Both the position numbers and the translations under genes were made by a program. The notes under the pieces are model-generated. The model did not search any database. It was given only the letters and a program-made list of their open reading frames with translations, and had not been told where the DNA came from. DNA of 64,000 nt from Candidatus Methylomirabilia bacterium (GTDB taxonomy: Bacteria; Methylomirabilota; Methylomirabilia; Rokubacteriales; CSP1-6): assembly GCA_041496385.1 (NCBI GenBank), contig JBGQEL010000002.1, positions 54,969 to 118,968 of the forward strand, written 5' to 3'. Below, piece after piece: positions 60,147 to 64,000 of the stretch. The first letter of the stretch is position 1. Every line of letters begins with the position of its first letter.

Positions 60147-60418
60147 CGGACGAGCGCCGTCGCCATCCCCGCGTCCCCGTCTCGTGGCCCGTGCGCCTCT
60201 GGGTGGACCAGGAGTCGATCCTCGGCCACACCGAGGACGTGAGCCCCTCCGGCCTCTGCGTGGTGGTCGCGCCGACGTCGGTGGTGAAGCTCGGCAAGTC
60301 CTACCGGGTCGACGTCCTGGCGGGAGACCGCGAGCCCTTCAGTCTGGTCGCCGAGGCGCGCCACGTGGACGATCGGCGCGTGGGCTTCGAAACCGACCGC
60401 CGCGTCCCGTTCGAATAG
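60143..60418 (+). CDS. Stand-alone PilZ domain protein
   Basis: ERRRHPR (RxxxR) and DVSPSG (DxSxxG); GGAGG RBS. Confidence 0.85.
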   Translation: MTDERRRHPRVPVSWPVRLWVDQESILGHTEDVSPSGLCVVVAPTSVVKLGKSYRVDVLAGDREPFSLVAEARHVDDRRVGFETDRRVPFE

Positions 60419-60459
60419 TCTCTGGCCCTGCTCGTCTACTCCGGTAGGGAGGACGAGCC

Positions 60460-60630
60460 ATGCGAATCATCTGGATCGCGCTGACCGCGGTGCTCCTGGC
60501 CGGCTGTGCGGTGGTCCCACTCTTTCCGTACGCGTATGTGCCCGCGCCCGCTCCGCGAAGCGGCTACGCCTACCCGTCCTATCCACGCTACGCTCCCGGG
60601 CCCCCGTACGGGCGCTGGGAAGGCCGGTGA
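60460..60630 (+). CDS. Small Pro/Tyr-rich lipoprotein (56 aa)
   Basis: Not in ORF track. GGGAGG RBS; MRIIWIALTAVLLAGC lipobox then AVVPLFPYAYVPAPAPRSGYAYPSYPRYAPGPPYGRWEGR. Confidence 0.75.
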   Translation: MRIIWIALTAVLLAGCAVVPLFPYAYVPAPAPRSGYAYPSYPRYAPGPPYGRWEGR

Positions 60631-60637
60631 CGACCGA

Positions 60638-60853
60638 TCACCCGGTGTTCCGCTTCCGTCGCCGTCGACGACGACGGCCGAGCGGACGGTCGAGGCGCGT
60701 CGCGATCGCCTCGTGGTCGAGCTTGAGCGACGTGTGGCAGAGACAGGGACACGAGCGGCCGATGCACCGCCCGCGGACACACTGCGCGACGTCCGGGAGG
60801 TCATGCCTCGCGGCGTGCCCCACGGGCGCAGGACCCGCGTCGTCGAAGTACAT
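60638..60853 (-). CDS. Small Cys-rich protein with a poly-Arg tail (71 aa)
   Basis: CVRGRCIGRSCPCLCH; extended -10 TGTTACGAT 6 nt before the ATG. Confidence 0.55.
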   Translation of the reverse strand: MYFDDAGPAPVGHAARHDLPDVAQCVRGRCIGRSCPCLCHTSLKLDHEAIATRLDRPLGRRRRRRRKRNTG

Positions 60854-61145
60854 TTCGCGATCGTAACACGCAAATTCTCGACGAATCGGTCGGCGGGGCT
60901 ATCGACTCCCGCCCCTCCCGCATCGGATCCGTTGCCCGGCGGACGCGCCGCTCCCGCGGACGCGCCAGGCACTTGGCGCGCACCCGTTCCCGGCGGCGTC
61001 GCCGCGTGGTGCGCCCACGGCGGGTCCATGACGTCTCGAGGACCGCAATTTGTGCGCCCTCGCTCGGCGCGCTCATCGCGAAGCATGCGATCGCGGTGGT
61101 CCGATTCCCCGGAAGCCTCTTTTCCCTCGTCTATGATGGATGTCC

Positions 61146-64000
61146 ATGAACCCGGAGACCTTCGCGCGCGTCACTATTCAGATGGGCTTCGCCGTGCTCG
61201 GCGCCCGCGGACCCGAAAAGAGACGCGAGACAGCCGTCTCGCGAGACTCTCGTGCGCGCGCCGCGGGAGCATCGGCGATCCTGCTCGTGCTTCTGGTTCT
61301 CGCGCCAGGGGCGTGGGCCGCACCCCAGCTGCCGGTGCCGCCGACCACCTACGATGCGAGCCTCCCGGATACGACGGGCTACAACGTCTACGGTCCCCTG
61401 AGCGCGCAAGATCTACAGAACCACCTGGATAGCATCGGCTCGACGAACTCCGGGCATTCGTCGAGCGATCTGACGAACGGCGTCATCCTCGGGGTCACCG
61501 CGGGCACAAGCACCGACACGATCGATCTCCCCAACCATGCGCTGGCAGCGGGAAAATGGGTCATCATCCGCCCGCACGACGCCGCGTACGCCGCGCTACC
61601 GGCGTCGGGCACTCGTGCCGGCGTCTCCGACGCCGCCAACATGTGGCAGATCGCGGCGCCCGATCTCGGTCGCGGAATCACGACGGAGAACAACGCCCAC
61701 AACTACCGCCTCATCGGGCTCGAACTGAAGCCGGCGGGGGCCGACCCCTTCAACTTCGTCAACTCGCTGGCGGCGATCGGGTTCGACGCCAACGGCGTCT
61801 CGATCGCGACGGCGTCCCAGTCGCCGGAGAATATCGTCTTCGACCGCTGCTACGTCCACGGCAACGCGGGCACGCAGAACGTCCGCAACGGCATCGTGCT
61901 CTACAGCAAGACGTCGGCCGTCGTGGACTCGCTGATCGACAACATCTGGCTCCTGGGGGCGGAATCGCACGGCGTCTTCATGAGCGACACGGTGGGGCCG
62001 ATCCTGATCCAGAACAACCAGATCAGCAACGCCACCACCGGCGTGTTCACGGGGGGCGTGGCCGCGGCGTTCGATGCCGCCGCCCCCCACGACGTGACGA
62101 TCCGCCGGAACTACTTCTACAAGGACACGGCCTACCGCGGCCAGCGGTTCATCAAGAACCACCTCGAGTTCAAGCGCATGACGCGCGCCCTCATCGAGCA
62201 GAACCTGTTCTCCCAGATCTGGTCCGAGGACGGCGACCAGGACGGCTCCGTCATGCAGCTCACGATCCGTACCGAGGGCCTCGACGCGACCGCACGCCTC
62301 GACGACATCACGATCCGGTGGAACTGGATCAAAGGGGCCGCGACCGGGATCAACGCGGGCGGCATCGACGGCTCCGCGCACCTCAGCGAGGGCGCGGCGC
62401 GCCTGCACGTCCACGACAACCTCTGGGACGACATGAACCGCACCTTGTGGGATCCCATCGGCGCGGCCACCGCCCGCGGATTCATCGGCGTGTTCAACGG
62501 GTACGACGACCTCACCGTCGACCACAACTCGGTGATCCTGCAGGGCGCGCAGACCGGGCAGGCGTACATGGCCGACGGCCTCGCGGCCAGCATGCCGGCG
62601 TTCACGATGGGCGGGTTCACCTTCACGAACAACCTCACGCTGGATCGCGACTACGGCTGGTGGTCGGACGGGGGCGAGACCGATCTCACCGCGGCCCTGA
62701 GCACGTATTTCGGCGGCTCGCCCGCCTGGGCGGTGACCAACAACATCATCGCCCAGTCTGGCGACAGTCCGAACTCGAACTTCCCGGTGGGCAACATCAC
62801 CAGCGTCACCGAGGCGGTGTTCGAGGGCGGCGGCTACTTCACCGACTACGCGAACCGGAACTACAAGCTGCGGAGCGGCGTGGCGGGCCAGGGCGCCGGC
62901 AAGGTCTTTGGCACCGGCGCCGCCGACGGCGACATCGGGATCAGCAACTACGACACATTCACGTCGAAGGTGGCGGGGGTGCAGGCCGGGCTGCCGGAAG
63001 GACCGTTCATCGCGGTGGGCCTGGCCGGGGTCGGCACGGGCACCGTCAGCAGCAATGTCGGCGGCATCAGCTGTCCGGGGATCTGCGGCGCCTCCTACAC
63101 CAGCGGCACGGTCGTGACGCTGACCGCGGCGGCGACGGCGCCCAGCAGCTTCGTCGGCTGGAGCGGCGGCGGGTGCTCGGGCACCGGGACGTGCGTGGTC
63201 ACGGTCACCGGCGCCACCTCCATCACCGCGACGTTCACCGCGCCCACGTCCACCCTCTCCGTCGTGAAGATGGGCTCCGGCGGGGCGGCAGGCACCGTCA
63301 CGAGCAACCCCGCCGGCATCATCTGCGGCGCGACGTGCAGCGCCGACTTCGCCACCGGCACCGGGGTGACGCTGACCGTGAACCCGGGCCCAGGCAACAC
63401 GTTCACGGGCTGGGGCGGGGCCTGCAGCGGTGCGGCCACCACCTGCAACGTGACGCTGACCTCGACCAAGAGCGTCACGGCCTCGTTCCAGGGCCCCGTC
63501 CTCACGGTCACGGCGGCGGCTGGGGGCGGCGGCGGCTCCGTCACGAGCAGCCCGGCCGGGATCAGCTGCCCGGGGACGTGCAGCCAGGACTACGCCCCCA
63601 ACCAATCGGTCACGCTCACCGCGGCGGCCGCTCCCGGCTCCACCTTCGCGGGGTGGATCGGCGCGGGCTGCAGCGGCGTCGGCGCAACACCGTGCACCGT
63701 GACGCTTACTGCGTCGCGGACGGTGACGCCGATCTTTGTCTTGCAAACCTTCACGCTGGCGGTGACACCGAGCGGAGGGGGCACGGGGACCGTCACCAGC
63801 ACCCCGGCGGGTATCGACTGCGGCGCGACGTGCTCGGCGTCGTACCCCTACGGCACCATGGTGACCCTCACGGCCAACGCCGCCTCCGGCTCTGTCTTCA
63901 CGGGGTGGCTCGGCGCCGGGTGCGTCGGCATCGGGCCATGCGTGATCGTGGTCACGGCGGCGACGACCGTCACGACGAGTTTCACGCTGCAAGGCGCTGC
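61146..64000 (+). CDS. Large secreted protein: parallel beta-helix domain plus Cys-containing InlB-B-like repeats (runs off the window end)
   Basis: Not in ORF track (no stop in window). Frame open from 61140; AILLVLLVLAPGAWA signal; NIVFDRCYVHG, ILIQNN, VTIRRNYF, KNHLEFK; four repeats like GTVTS.PAGI.CG.TCS..Y..GT.VTLTA....FTGW.G.C....C from ~63006. Start uncertain (61140/61146/61182). Confidence 0.85.
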   Translation, partial: MNPETFARVTIQMGFAVLGARGPEKRRETAVSRDSRARAAGASAILLVLLVLAPGAWAAPQLPVPPTTYDASLPDTTGYNVYGPLSAQDLQNHLDSIGSTNSGHSSSDLTNGVILGVTAGTSTDTIDLPNHALAAGKWVIIRPHDAAYAALPASGTRAGVSDAANMWQIAAPDLGRGITTENNAHNYRLIGLELKPAGADPFNFVNSLAAIGFDANGVSIATASQSPENIVFDRCYVHGNAGTQNVRNGIVLYSKTSAVVDSLIDNIWLLGAESHGVFMSDTVGPILIQNNQISNATTGVFTGGVAAAFDAAAPHDVTIRRNYFYKDTAYRGQRFIKNHLEFKRMTRALIEQNLFSQIWSEDGDQDGSVMQLTIRTEGLDATARLDDITIRWNWIKGAATGINAGGIDGSAHLSEGAARLHVHDNLWDDMNRTLWDPIGAATARGFIGVFNGYDDLTVDHNSVILQGAQTGQAYMADGLAASMPAFTMGGFTFTNNLTLDRDYGWWSDGGETDLTAALSTYFGGSPAWAVTNNIIAQSGDSPNSNFPVGNITSVTEAVFEGGGYFTDYANRNYKLRSGVAGQGAGKVFGTGAADGDIGISNYDTFTSKVAGVQAGLPEGPFIAVGLAGVGTGTVSSNVGGISCPGICGASYTSGTVVTLTAAATAPSSFVGWSGGGCSGTGTCVVTVTGATSITATFTAPTSTLSVVKMGSGGAAGTVTSNPAGIICGATCSADFATGTGVTLTVNPGPGNTFTGWGGACSGAATTCNVTLTSTKSVTASFQGPVLTVTAAAGGGGGSVTSSPAGISCPGTCSQDYAPNQSVTLTAAAAPGSTFAGWIGAGCSGVGATPCTVTLTASRTVTPIFVLQTFTLAVTPSGGGTGTVTSTPAGIDCGATCSASYPYGTMVTLTANAASGSVFTGWLGAGCVGIGPCVIVVTAATTVTTSFTLQGA

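Overview
A very GC-rich bacterial chromosomal segment. Gene style (many Liv-type ABC systems, luciferase-like monooxygenases, crotonases, tiny PilZ/Arg-rich proteins) suggests a Rokubacteria/Methylomirabilota-like soil organism, but that is an impression only. The first ~44 kb is catabolic: pepP, a lone xanthine-dehydrogenase-family Mo subunit, two Liv-type ABC systems, LLM/crotonase/nudC, acyl-CoA dehydrogenase, a hydantoinase A/B + SDR + Mo-hydroxylase (L-G-S-M) run, and a long minus-strand CoA-ligase/ABC/MetE-like run. The rest is mostly housekeeping (DEAD helicase, tatC, thiD, rsmI, clpX, clpP, tig, tRNA-Leu), an AAA/VWA pair, small proteins and a large secreted beta-helix protein cut by the window edge. 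The best candidate for an undescribed system is the translationally coupled four-gene operon at 37901-40096: two paralogous QueG/reductive-dehalogenase-like Fe-S proteins with atypical Cys spacing and no QueG catalytic motifs, an HTH mini-protein and a 75-aa unknown. Other signals: CTAG-bounded inverted-repeat elements between convergent genes, a 52-bp duplication of a start codon, a 48-bp repeat array upstream of the helicase, a probable CTG start for rsmI, a Cys in a Mo-hydroxylase active-site loop, and many TANNNT boxes 5-10 nt before start codons. All product calls come from motif recognition by eye; no searches were run.
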